A stretch of 64,000 bases of DNA, from NCBI RefSeq assembly GCF_009914755.1, contig NC_060936.1; one strand, 5' to 3'. Below are positions 33,724 through 46,995 of the stretch, piece after piece. Made by a program: the position numbers and the translations under genes. This DNA is from the human T2T-CHM13v2.0 reference genome, Homo sapiens. Each line of letters begins with the position of its first letter. Positions within the stretch are counted from its first letter, which is position 1. The notes beneath the pieces are model-generated. The model saw only the letters and a program-made list of their open reading frames with translations. It did not search any database and was not told the DNA's origin.

Positions 33724-34896
33724 TATATATATTTAAATTTAAAGAAGTTTAAAAGGAATCACAATTTAATATGTAGAAATAAAAGTACTATTATGAAAAG
33801 ATACTTCTTTAAGGATAACTATGGCATCATTGTTAATAATAGCTAAAGAAATAAAAAAGAGAAAAAGCCTAAAAGTTAACTCATAGAATGACTAAATAAC
33901 TATGATATATCCAAATTATGCAACTACAAAAACATTATGATATAGATCATTGGTGTTAACATGATAAGAGAAAAAAATCAGGATATAGAACATATGCTTT
34001 TTTATAAATGAAAATAAAACATAATGGAACACATAATAATTATAATATTTTTAAGCTAATAAGAATAAAACAGATTTTAAAACTAAGCCAGCTGAAAGCA
34101 AGAGTAACAACTTATTATAGCAGTGTCAAAAATGAATTTCCTACATACGAATTTCCTACACAGGGTTTGCTCAAAGGGAGTGAACACTTTGAGCTTCAGG
34201 ATTGCTCAGAAGATTGCTCCTTTGATTAGAGAGCTCACACTTCAGCACAGAGATTTATGTGTTATCTGCAATTCGGTAACAGCTACTAGGAAAATGGAGT
34301 TCGAGCCTTGGTGACAGTTCAATTCTGTCTCCTTTCTCTTTCTTTTAGTTATCAGTTTTATAGCAAATAACCTCTTACATATTTGATATATTCTGAATTG
34401 TTTTAATTAATATTCATGCTACCCTATTTTTCTAACTTATTTATTAAAATATCAGCCACAATCCTAAACTGCAAAAGAAAAATAAACCCTAAACAGATGA
34501 GGCATCTGAAAAAAATTTTTTTAGCTTAATTTTGTCTCTTGGGAGTAAACCAAGCTAGATGTTGAAACTATATATATGCAAACTGAAGTGAACTACTATG
34601 TTTTTATTAACATAATTTATAACAACTAGCTTCTTTTTACTAAAATATCTATTTGAGATAAAAATTTATTTTTGATATCCATTTCCAGGTAATTGCCTTG
34701 ATTCTGCATTATCTATGGAACATAATCTGAGGCTTTTTTTTTACAGTTGGTAGATACTTATGTACAAGATTTTGCTGTGAAAATCAGGGCAAGAAGGTAG
34801 TGATGCAAGGTAGCAGATAACATTGAAATACATTTTTGAAAATAATTTTTAAAATTGATGTAATGCAATTAGATTACTTGAGCTAATAGCATAGCT

Positions 34897-35213
34897 TTAT
34901 TTTATTTTATTTATTTTATTTTATTTATTTTTTTGAGACACAGTCTTGCTCTGTTGCCCAGGCTGGAGTGCAGTTGCCGATATTGGCTCACTTCAGCCTC
35001 CGCCTCCTGAGCTCAAGCAATTCTCGTGCCTCAGCCTCCTGAAAGCTGGGACCACAGGTCTGCCCACCACGCAGGGCTAATTTTTTTATTTTTAGTGGAG
35101 ACAGGGTTTTGCCATGTTGCCCAGGCTGACCTTAAACTCCTGGTCTCAAGTGATCCAACCGCCTTGGTCTCCCGAAGTGCCGGCATTACAGGTGTGAGCC
35201 ACCACACTCGTCT
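34897..35213 (-). mobile_element. AluJ with (TTTTA)n tail
   Basis: Full antisense dimer. Confidence 0.9.
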
Positions 35214-36707
35214 TAATTGCATAGTTTTAGAGATCCATGTTGGATTAGCTCTTCTGTAGTGTCCTGATGACCTGTGACCAATGATAAGAGTATGGAATTA
35301 GGTAGTTTCTATGAAAAGGCATCTTTTCTGGCGACTAATAGCCACAGTATCAAGAGTTTTAAAAGCCCCTCTCCTCTGGTCTCAATGGAGTCAAAGAAAA
35401 CTCTCCCGACTGCTCCTGAAAAAGGATGTCAAATGAAACTGTTTCAAATTGCTGAATAGCCTGGCTAATCCTGCCTGTCTCCAATCACATACTCCGAATC
35501 CATATTTTTCTCACTGTGGTAAGCTTTCCAACTATTTTTCAGAAAACAAAACTTATATTTGGAATAACTTGGTGCTTCTGTGGCAGTAAAACCATGACTG
35601 AAATGTATCTCTGTGGAAACCCTTACTTCATTTAAAATTTATTATTCCTCCTAATGATTCAAGGCTTCAAATATTTCAATGGTAAAGAAAGAGCTTTTTC
35701 TATTCAGAGGGAATATTCATTTACTTCTTCAGTGCTTTGTGTGTCTAAAGTAGAAAAATATGAGATTACATGAGACATATACTTTTTCAGTGTTACTGAT
35801 CATATTCCCTTATCTAAATTCTTTAATAACTAACTTTATTATTCCTAAAATATAAATAAAAAATAATGCACATTTTTCAGCATCACTATACACATGTTCA
35901 TTTTTTGGTTTTAGATATTAATCTATACCCAGTTCAAACTGTGGAAACTGAACTAACATGACTGAAATAAAATAGTGTTATATTTTGTTCTTTAGACTCT
36001 TTTTTCCCTTCCTGAGATTTTGATATGTACTTGGAGAGTTTTGAGTCAATATTTATTTGATTTGTTTTCTTTTCTGGAGTGATATTGTAAATACTTTAAA
36101 GATTTTGATTGAGTGAGAGGTGTGAGCTATATTTTCTTCTTTCCTGTATGATATACATACATTGTTTCCAATCTCATTTCTATTAAATAACTATAGGAGA
36201 GCCCACAGCCTTGTTATTTTACATATCACTATTTAGATATTTGTTATTTATTTATTTGTGTTGGCCTGAAGTAAATGTTACTTTTGTACGATATTTGAAG
36301 GATAGATTTATTTTATAAATTAATAGTTTAAATAAGATTTTGCCAGCATTTGAAATGAACAAATGTTTGGACAATGAAAACATCAGTATGAAAGGGAATA
36401 CTGTAATTACTTTAGTACATAGTATTCCTTAATATCCATTAAAATTGGTCCAAGCAAACTCTAATTATGAACATCATATTAACATTTGATCTAATTACTG
36501 AATATAATTAAAAGCAAAATAAGTTAATTTACTAAAGAATTCTGAAATTTACTATTTTCAGTATTTCAGGATAACCAACATCTTTTTTCTATTAATCTAG
36601 AATAAATTTCCATATATTAATGTTGTTTACTTTTAATGTTAGTGTGCTCAAAAAGTATTGTTAACTTTTAAAATTCAATTCTACAGATAATATTCTTTTT
36701 ATCTCAG

Positions 36708-36868
36708 GAATAGATCATCATTAAAAACTATTAATGTCACTGAAACATCATTGGAGTTATCAGATTTGGATTATAATGTTGAATACAGTGCTTATGTAAC
36801 AGCTAGCACCAGATTTGGTGATGGGAAAACAAGAAGCAATATCATTAGCTTTCAAACACCAGAGGGAG
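36708..36868 (+). CDS. PTPRQ: PTPRQ exon D (161 nt, phase 2/1): [53 protein letters not shown]
   Basis: atctcag|G completes the TGG codon from exon C; GAG|gtgagt donor; absent from the ORF track. Confidence 0.95.
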
Positions 36869-37009
36869 GTGAGTTAAGGATGTATGCCAATTAAAAGAAT
36901 GTTCTTTTTCTTTAAAAAAAAAATCCTGCCCAGAAAAATATTCAAATATCAAAATGTATGATGAAGCCTAATATTCATCATCAGTTTGATGAAAAATTGC
37001 ATTTTGATC

Positions 37010-37170
37010 ACTTTTTAGCTGTGTGATGTTGGGAAAATTAATCTCTGTGTGCCTCAATTTCCCATTGGTAATGTGGAAACAGTATCATTCTACTTCACAG
37101 GGTTCTTATGAAGATTACATAAGTTTATATTTTTAAAAGCACTTAGTACAGAAGTTACTTGACAAATAGA
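37010..37170 (+). mobile_element. MIR
   Basis: agctgtgtgatgttgggaaaa...tctctgtgtgcctcaatttccc core. Confidence 0.75.
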
Positions 37171-37584
37171 ATTTTATGTGTTTATTAAACGAAACAACAT
37201 AAAATGCATGAATCATTTGTCTATGACTTTTATTATTCAATATAAAAATTCTAAGTTATATTAGAATTTCAAATTATGTATTTTGTATTGGAAACCTGTT
37301 ATAATATTGTTCTCATATCCAGAGCAGTGGACAGGTTTTAGAACGGAGATAGTATTTTATGGGTAAGAAATCTATCTGTCTTCAGCTTGAATATGCCTAT
37401 AATAAAGTATTAGAGGGGTGACCCAATGTGTTTTATGGATTTCATTTCTGACATTTCTAATTCAAGCTTTTTTGAAAAACATTTTTTATCACTTTAATTT
37501 ATAAACTGTAGGTAAAATTCAGGCCATTTCAGACATTACTTGTAAACACAAATACAGTAATTTGTTCAATTATTTGTTTTATAG

Positions 37585-37730
37585 CACCAAGCGATCCTCC
37601 CAAAGATGTTTATTATGCAAACCTCAGTTCTTCATCAATAATTCTTTTCTGGACACCTCCTTCAAAACCTAATGGGATTATACAATATTACTCTGTTTAT
37701 TACAGAAATACTTCAGGTACTTTTATGCAG
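37585..37730 (+). CDS. PTPRQ: PTPRQ exon E (146 nt, phase 1/0): [49 protein letters not shown]
   Basis: ttttatag| acceptor, CAG|gtaaga donor; FN3 motif; absent from the ORF track. Confidence 0.95.
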
Positions 37731-38514
37731 GTAAGAACTGAATTTTCTTCTAGTTCTTTATTAACATCCTTAAGTTTTATTAATAATACAGACTTGTCAC
37801 AGTAAAAGAAATTGTTTACCTTACATTGATAATTAGGCACAGATGTATTTTATAAAACTCCCATTGACATAGAAAAATGCGGTGTAGAAATGTCAGATAC
37901 ATTTAATCTCTCTTTACAGACACACACACACACACATACAACTTCTATATAAGCTTCACATGTATTAAAAATAGTGAATCTGCCACCTACTGAAAATTCT
38001 GTTTATAAAGATGGCCCTCAATTACACTTCCTCCAATAAGTGTTCTCTAAAGTGCTGATGGTATCATTTATCCTCAAAGTTATTTATTAGCTAAATTTTT
38101 TTTCATTTGTTTGTATATGATATAAATAGTTCTAGTGTTTGGATGTGTTTGTTTTTCTTTAATTAAAAAAAGTTTTTGATAGCAGGAAGGGTTATTATAA
38201 TAATAGTATATTAGTAGTTAATGTTTAATGTCAGATGAAATGAAGACCACTCGGAATGTGTTTAATTAATTTGTCATAGATAAGATTCTAGGCTTGCACA
38301 GTTTGTAGATGGGCACTCTCTAGGATGTGAATGATGATGGCTATGAAAATAGCTAACATGCATTTACTTTGAAAAAATATTTTCAATTTTCAACAGAATT
38401 ATATTATTTCTTCAAATTAGATGTTTCACAGAACTCTAACATATAAAAAGGATAATTGGAATGATTATGATTGAATCAAAGATGCAGAGAGCTGGAATAT
38501 AATTAGAAAAACAC

Positions 38515-38888
<374 letters not shown>

Positions 38889-40516
38889 TTAGGTGATTCT
38901 TAATTATTTCTATCCTTTTAAGTAAAAGAAGAAGAAAGATAAGTCTTACAAATTCTGAGTTACCTAATCCCATTTGTGACTGACAGCCCAAGTTTAGTCA
39001 CTAGTTAGCTCTACTGAGTAACAGCCTCTGTAATTAAGACTTTAGTGCAGCTATAGTGCAATGTAGGCTAATGAAGAGGGCAAGAGCAGAACTTGCAAGC
39101 TATCTCAGGACTAACCTAGCAGGGAGAAAGACAAAGTCCAGAAGGTGGTTTAGTGTTTATATTCTGTTCTATAAGAGTAGGGTTGTATAAGTCTGTCTAT
39201 TTAAAACTTGATGCAAAGAGAAAACTACTTTATAAAAGACATGTAGATATAATTATAGCTGTAATGAAAGACATGTAGATATAGTTACAGATGTAATCGT
39301 AAATCAACATTTTTGAACAAATGCCTTAAGAGCAGAAGGAGAAAGGAAGGTCTAGTTTTCTACTCTCTATGTCACGCAGTTTTTGCTTTTTGTTTTGTTC
39401 TCTGTAGGGAAGAGAAATGGGGCCTAGAGAGGCAATTTATTTTTTAACCAAAATGTTGTTTACAATTGTAACAATATGTCATTATACCCATAGAAGATAT
39501 GCAAATTGGAGATTTTCCTTCTTTTATGCATTTAAAAAACATTGCACAATTGTTCCAGTAGTTCTAAATTTTAGCAATCATTTTGTCTCTGTACAATTTA
39601 CTTATGGCTTCTATGTGATTTATATTTTGGTTCTCTTTATCCATATCTAAATAATATAGCATAAGTATCAAACTATGGTTCCAACGTGATCTTCTAAACC
39701 TACTTATTCACACCTGGGTGTGTAATATGATCTAATTTGCAATTCATCTGCCTTAGAACATGTTATCTTTTATTAAATAATCTTAAGAATGCTTTTAAGT
39801 GTGACAGCTGCAAGAGGGCACAGGCTAATGATGTTAAAATATTTCAGAAGTATAGTCTCATATTGCTTGAAGTTTATCCGTGCTTTAACTTATTCCTAAA
39901 GTTAATGTTAAAAATAGCATCAATACCTTCACTACCTAATTTTCTATTTTGAATTAGTGGAAGAAAGCCTCAAAATGAAAATTATGTAGCAGAATAAGTG
40001 TATACCTTTTTATTTGTTCCTTATCATCTTTCCCCTTCCTACAGAACTTTGTAGAATATGTCATGCGTGGCATATCATGTTCTGCCTCCTATTACCGATA
40101 ACTGTTGCTTCTCTTAGTTCCCTTATGCCATGACAAGCATCTTGTAGAAAAAGAATTGTGTAATATTTATTTTTTCATCTCCAAAAGTCTTCTGCAACTA
40201 TGTCAGACATAGGTTTAATGCTCAATACATATTTTAATTGAAAGATTTAAAAAATATTATAGTAGACCAACATCACTTTTAGTACATAGTCATAATTTTG
40301 GAGCCCTTGAGTATGTAGCAAAGCCATCTTTCCTTTTTCTTATCTTGGAGAATTTAACCTCTTTGCTACTACTTGGCAATCCATATTGTTCTTCCTTCAG
40401 TTGTTGCACATTGTATTTTGTACAGCATATTAACTTTTCTACTTTTTAAGTTTTACCCACTTATGTTTCCTTAGTGTGCCTGGCATAATGTCTTCTATTT
40501 TAAAAAGTGTTAAATG

Positions 40517-40805
40517 GGCCGGGTGTGGTGGCTCACGCCTGTAATCCCAGCACTTTGGGAGGCTGAAGCAGGTGGATCACGAGGTCAGGAGATCGAGACC
40601 ATCCTGGCTAACAAGGTGAAACCCTGTCTCTACTAAAAATACAAAAAATTAGCCGGGCATGGTGGCAGGCTCCTGTAGTCCCAGGTACTCAGGAGGCTGA
40701 GGCAGGAGAATGGTGTGAACCTGGGAGGTGGAGGTTGCAGTGAGCCGAGATCGTGCCACTGCCCTCTAGCCTGGGCAACAGAGTGAGACTCTGTTTTAAA
40801 GAAAA
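40517..40805 (+). mobile_element. AluY/Sc-like
   Basis: Full dimer; TSD aaaaagtgttaaatg at 40502 and 40806. Confidence 0.93.
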
Positions 40806-42464
40806 AAAAAGTGTTAAATGAATATTAGTTGGTTGGTCAAATTTGAAAAAGTTTTACTAAATACCTTCTGACTATATTTATATAAACAAAAGAATAAGCC
40901 TTACTTAGATAATTTGTGCCAAAAGACATTTTGTTTTTGCAAAAATAAACAGCTGAATAAAATAATCATCTGGATAATTGATTTAATGTTACAAATTTGT
41001 TACATGCCTATGCACATTAAGTCACACAGTCAGCAGGAATGACTTCTGGGTGATTCAGATAATTTGTTATGTATTAGCCATCAAGGTCATAGGTAATCAG
41101 AATAAATTCTATAACAAAAATTAAAATTTACATCAAAAAGCTATGTTAATACTTTTAAGTGGTGCTTTATATAAGCCAGTTGTTCCATGTGTAAAGTAGA
41201 TGTATTGGAAGGTATTAAAGTTCATGGATCATATTTTGTGTGAGATTGCTATATTACTTTAACTTGTCTATTTCTATGTAAATCACCACAAAATTGTAGT
41301 AAATCTTTTATTGCACTATATTTTTCCCTGAATACTGGCAAAAGAACCATAAAATTTTGCTAATTTAATTTGTTGATAAATTTCAGAACCATTCTTACTA
41401 TAAATTTGGTAAATTTGCTTATCCTATGTTATTCATTTAAATGAAACTAATTACTGTTTTTTTTTAATTGTGTGCTAGACATGGTATTAATGGCTTTTTG
41501 TGCTTCATGTCATCTAATCCTCACAAGTTGTCTGTGAAGTGGAGATGATTATTTCCATTTTACAGTTGAAGGAAGAAAAGCTTTGAGATTAAATGATTTA
41601 TCCAGGATACCCTGACAGAATTTGAATGCAGGTCTATAGGACTTAAATGGCTTCATGTGGATTGGAATGATTCAGGTTACTCTGCAGATGGAAATTATAA
41701 AATTATTCATACTGATTAGCTATGTGTTTAAGTCTCCTTTTATTTTAGAATTAATTTTATTTGGCTATATGTTTTATTTTTAAAATTTGATAGGAAAGAA
41801 AATGATTACATACATACCCTAATACTTTTTTTTAAGCCTTGGGGAAAAATGCAACTGGGAGTCAGTCAAGAGAATTTAAAACTTTCTCTTACTCTACACA
41901 TCAGAGAGTACATCAGTCTGCTATCCCTTTGCTACAACTGTGAGAAGTAAAGTCTGAAAAGAAATGTGAAAGTCTGAAAGCCCACTAAATGTGAATAATA
42001 ATAGCGATTTGAGTTCATAGAAACAGGCAAACACATTCGAAATTCCTTCATCACAAATGGAAAGAAACACAATTAAAAGTTTTCTAATACTCCCAAACTT
42101 GTTTAAAATTAGCTGATGCTTTGAAAATTACTTGAATGTTTTTATAAGGAAAGTGATGCTGATCAGCACAGTTGTAGCATTTCCATTTGGCCACTTGACA
42201 TTCTTCATTGTTGGCTTGGAGTTTTTATTCTTTGCTATTTTTTTGTATTGGCTTTGCAATAAAAACCACCATCTATTTCTCTTTTAGTACAAACATATTT
42301 CCAGTTTAATTGTTGCAATAAAAAATGTTCTATGTCGATTTTCCTAAAACAACATATTAAAATAATGATAAATAATAAAATCGATCCATTGATAACAATT
42401 AGTTTGAAGTGTTCATGCATACTAAAAAAATACATTCTGAACAATGAATGTGTTTATTTTTCAG

Positions 42465-42633
42465 AATTTTACACTCCATGAAGTAACCAATGACTTTGAC
42501 AATATGACTGTATCCACAATTATAGATAAACTGACAATATTCAGCTACTATACATTTTGGTTAACAGCAAGTACTTCAGTTGGAAATGGGAATAAAAGCA
42601 GTGACATCATTGAAGTATACACAGATCAAGACA
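42465..42633 (+). CDS. PTPRQ: PTPRQ exon F (169 nt, phase 0/1): [56 protein letters not shown]
   Basis: ttttcag| acceptor, ACA|gtatgt donor; frame continuity. Confidence 0.95.
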
Positions 42634-44243
42634 GTATGTAAACAAAAAACACTAATCTTTAATATGATTAATTTAAAACTTATTATTTTAGGAAATTTTA
42701 CTATTTGTTTGAATTTGTAATAACATCTTTTATTTAGACACGTTCATTATAGGAGTTTGAAAATGCAATTAATATACTTACAAAACTATTGCAGTAATAG
42801 CCTCTTCTGTTCAAGAAAACTGCTAACATCCATTCATGAAAATTCTGTTCTTTTTATTGCTTCAAAAGATGTCGTGGCCATCCAGTTATGGGCACAAAAA
42901 GTACTGCATACATGGATGAATTTTCCAGTAGTTAATTTATTTATTCATTTTCCTTAAGGACTTAAAAAATCTCTAGCAACTTGTTTTCTTTTCAGACTTT
43001 GAATCTACACAGGACTCTGCAGCACATCTCTTCTCACTGTGTTTGTGACTAATATATCCAGAGTATTTTCCTTAACTCCAGAAGTTTCTCGTATGCATCT
43101 TCTGAAGAATCCTATTTATCCCGAGTATTCAGAAAACTATAATGATTGAAGATCTTGATGTTTTTTATGTTTCAATTTTCAGAATACAGTGATAAGTGGA
43201 TCATTGCCTATTTTTCTTGTAGTTGTTTCTGTCATCCATTTGCTTATTTTCAAAGATTAATCCCTTATTGAGAAGTGGCAGTGACCTAAACTTCTGGAGT
43301 AAAACTCCATGTTTATTATCTGAAAGCCATAAATTGACAGATTCCTTAAGCATGAGAAGTGAATGCTTGATTTGTTGTTGGAACAGTCTTTTGAATTGTT
43401 GACAAGTTGGTCAACATAAAAATAAATGATAAATGTGGGGAAATATGTATTTGGGGAGTCTTTAGCAAAAATGTTATATTGTAATATATGATCAATACCA
43501 TTTCAGGTATTCTTTAAATGCAGATCTCTCCCAGGATTTTTGCCAACCTATGACATTTTATCACTTATAATTTCCACACCATGGATAATAAGCACTTACT
43601 ATGCACTACTCCAGGTGGATGTCAAATTTACGTTAATAGAGTTTAATATCACAATACAACTTATATCTGAGAATTGGAACTTGTGTGTAAGTAGAGTAAC
43701 TTTGTAATGTACAAATGTGAGTTGGTAGTCTGGTGACTGGAGAGATTTTGAGACTAGATCTTGGGAAAGCTTTTAGTATTGATTCTTCTGGCTACCCACA
43801 TGACCTTGGAGAAGTAACTTAATGGCTGAGCTTTAGTTTCCTCATATGTACAACAAGGGTAATATTTAGAAGAAATAAGCTAAAAAGATGGTTTAAATAA
43901 CATAAATTATCAAAATATTTAAATAAGGCAGTATACATACACATATTATGCACACACACGCACACACACACAATCTCCACATAGTAGGAAAGAAGAGTCA
44001 AGAGAATATTATAGAAACAATTCCCATACATATTAAAGATGACAGAGTTTATTTTGAATGATTTTTAAAATAATTATTTAGAAGATATTTTATAATAGGT
44101 GAATGTTTGCCACATCTGCATTTAAATAATTTAAGAGCTGATGATGTAATAGTTGCCATTTCAACAATTATACTCAGTTTGTGAATTTAGATTCTGTTTA
44201 GGGTAACTGTTGATTTTTGTATTTTGCCCATTACCTATCATAG

Positions 44244-44534
44244 TACCTGAAGGGTTTGTTGGAAACCTGACTTACGAATCCATTTCGTCAACTGCAATAA
44301 ATGTAAGCTGGGTCCCACCGGCTCAACCAAACGGTCTAGTCTTCTACTATGTTTCACTGATCTTACAGCAGACTCCTCGCCATGTGAGACCACCTCTTGT
44401 TACATATGAGAGAAGCATATATTTTGATAATCTGGAAAAATACACTGATTATATATTAAAAATTACTCCATCAACAGAAAAGGGATTCTCTGATACCTAT
44501 ACTGCCCAGCTATACATCAAGACTGAAGAAGATG
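44244..44534 (+). CDS. PTPRQ: PTPRQ exon G (291 nt, phase 1/1): one whole FN3, [13 protein letters not shown]...QLYIKTEED
   Basis: atcatag| acceptor, ATG|gtaggc donor. Confidence 0.96.
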
Positions 44535-44777
44535 GTAGGCTAGACCCTTTTATTGTCTGTTAAGCAGATTGTTGTTCTTTTCATTTACATTGCTTTCTGA
44601 TAGGAAATAGTCTTCAATTATATTGATTCTGTTTGATCTCAAGTAATTAGCCTTTCAATAAACACAGTGTTTCTTAAAATAATCTGCTAAGAAAATCAAA
44701 TCCCATTATGATTGAATCCTCTTTTTTTAATGCTGATTCACTTTTGTTTCATTTAATATTCTCTTTTTCTTTTATAG

Positions 44778-45053
44778 TCCCAGAAACTTCACCAATAATC
44801 AACACTTTTAAAAACCTTTCCTCTACCTCAGTTCTCTTATCATGGGATCCCCCAGTAAAGCCAAATGGTGCAATAATAAGTTATGATTTAACTTTACAAG
44901 GACCAAATGAAAATTATTCTTTCATTACTTCTGATAATTACATAATATTGGAAGAGCTTTCACCATTTACATTATATAGCTTTTTTGCTGCCGCAAGAAC
45001 TAGAAAAGGACTTGGTCCTTCCAGTATTCTTTTCTTTTACACAGATGAGTCAG
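44778..45053 (+). CDS. PTPRQ: PTPRQ exon H (276 nt, phase 1/1): one whole FN3, [14 protein letters not shown]...ILFFYTDES
   Basis: ttttatag| acceptor, CAG|gtaagc donor. Confidence 0.96.
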
Positions 45054-45418
45054 GTAAGCCAGAATCCACATTTCTTCAAACAATTTCACTGTTGCAGCGC
45101 CTGCTCTCTCTTTTTAAGGAACAGCATGGAATATGAAAGGATATCTGATTGTCTATTTGTAACAGCCTTACCATTATATTTACTTTGTTGATTTTTTTTT
45201 GCAATTTGAGCTTCAGAATTTCCTGTTCTGTTTAAAGCTACTTTGGAACTACTCTGTCCAAATACAAATTATAATTAATTATGATATTTGTTTCTGAAAT
45301 TTAAATATGATCATTTTATAAATCTTTTTAAACTAGTGTCTTCAAGAAAGTAAGTCACGGTGCTATTTTTATGTTAAAAGTTTTATGAATGTAAGTTTCT
45401 TCATGTGTTTTCCTACAG

Positions 45419-45570
45419 TGCCGTTAGCACCTCCACAAAATTTGACTTTAATCAACTGTACTTCAGACTTTGTATGGCTGAAATGGAGCCCAAGTCCTCT
45501 TCCAGGTGGTATTGTTAAAGTATATAGTTTTAAAATTCATGAACATGAAACTGACACTATATATTATAAG
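45419..45570 (+). CDS. PTPRQ: PTPRQ exon I (152 nt, phase 1/0): [51 protein letters not shown]
   Basis: tcctacag| acceptor, AAG|gtaggt donor. Confidence 0.96.
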
Positions 45571-46779
45571 GTAGGTTGATTATAACAGTATATGTTTATT
45601 TTTAAAAATCAGAAATTGAATTAAAATCTTTTGACATATAGGAGGAAAATGGACTACTAAATTAAACAATGACTATTTTTTTAAACTTCTTTATTTCCTA
45701 CAATTTAAGGATGCTTATGGAAAACACAAGCAAGCGTTTGACAGGTATATAAGCTGAATACTTCATAGAGCAATGTACTTAGATTTGTAACTTCCAGATA
45801 TCTACAATTTAAGAAACAGTTGCATCATTTTGTTAATGCTGGAAAGTGTATAGTACTTTTTTCCTGACTTACAAATATAAAATGTATTTCTATCTATTGT
45901 TAACAGCAGCACCAAGGGAATCTTTTTAACCTTTTAGAAAGGTATTCATCTTTATTCTGGACTTCTGGTCATCTTTCCAGATAGCATATGATCCTACACT
46001 AATTGGTCTTTTACGATATATCCTTATTTTTTTTTTTATTTTCAAGAGTAATTCATTTGCAACACTAACCACATTTTCCCTCCTCCATTTTTGGAATTCA
46101 GAATTAGTGAAAAATATCCACAGAACTGATGCAACAAAGAGTCTCAAATATATGTCTGTGATTTCTAGCATTTAATTGCCAAAATGTAATTAACAAGCAT
46201 TTATTTAAGAAAAGTTTCTTATTTTTTTCCCCAAAGGCAAATGAAGTCCTGGAATGTTCTTATTTAGTTTACAGCAAGAAGAGTGCAAAAAATCTGCAGT
46301 AAATATTTTACTCAATATTATGAGTATTACAATTTATGACTATGGTAAATCATTGTTATAGCATATGTAGTTTACAAATTGAATAGTAAAAGTCAAAAGC
46401 AGGCATTAACTTTATGTCATCGGGAACAATGACTTTCTTTCTGGAAACCAAGATATTACTTTAAAACTTGATAGTCTGAGTATAATTTGAATCCTATTAC
46501 TCCATAAATGTGAAATTTGTTTCCCAGAGGTGTGAAATAACATTAAATGACATGAAGCCTCTTGCCCTTTAATATCTATCCCTGGTTTAATCTTAACATT
46601 ATTCCATTTTTTATTTGCTTTGTCTGTATGGGTCACTGGGAGATAGATATCAAAAGGAAAAAAGAATCATTTTCTCAGAGTAATCGCATTCCTAGGATAA
46701 TTGTGTACGTGTGTTAGAGTGTGGTTGTCTATATATGGATCTTGTCTCCTCAGAATGGTGATCTGTAACATAGGCTCTC

Positions 46780-46995
46780 TTAGCATAGCGGTGAAGCAAG
46801 GGCTCTGACTCCAAATTACCTGGCTCAGATTCTGCCTTTGAGACTTACTGTGCTTCAGTAGGGACATTGCTTACCTCTTAATGCAAAATGGGAGTTACAA
46901 AGATGTGTACATTCGAAATTGAGGATTAAAAAGGAAAGTCTCCATAGAGCATTTTGAACAATTCCAAGCATGTGATAAATATGTTAGCTATTGTT
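46780..46995 (+). mobile_element. MIR
   Basis: tagcatagcggtgaagc...aaaatggga...tgaggattaaa...taaatatgttagcta. Confidence 0.65.

Noticed and set aside
37711-37722. Cryptic donor CAG|gtactt inside exon E
   Set aside because: Much weaker than the CAG|gtaaga donor 14 nt downstream, and out of frame
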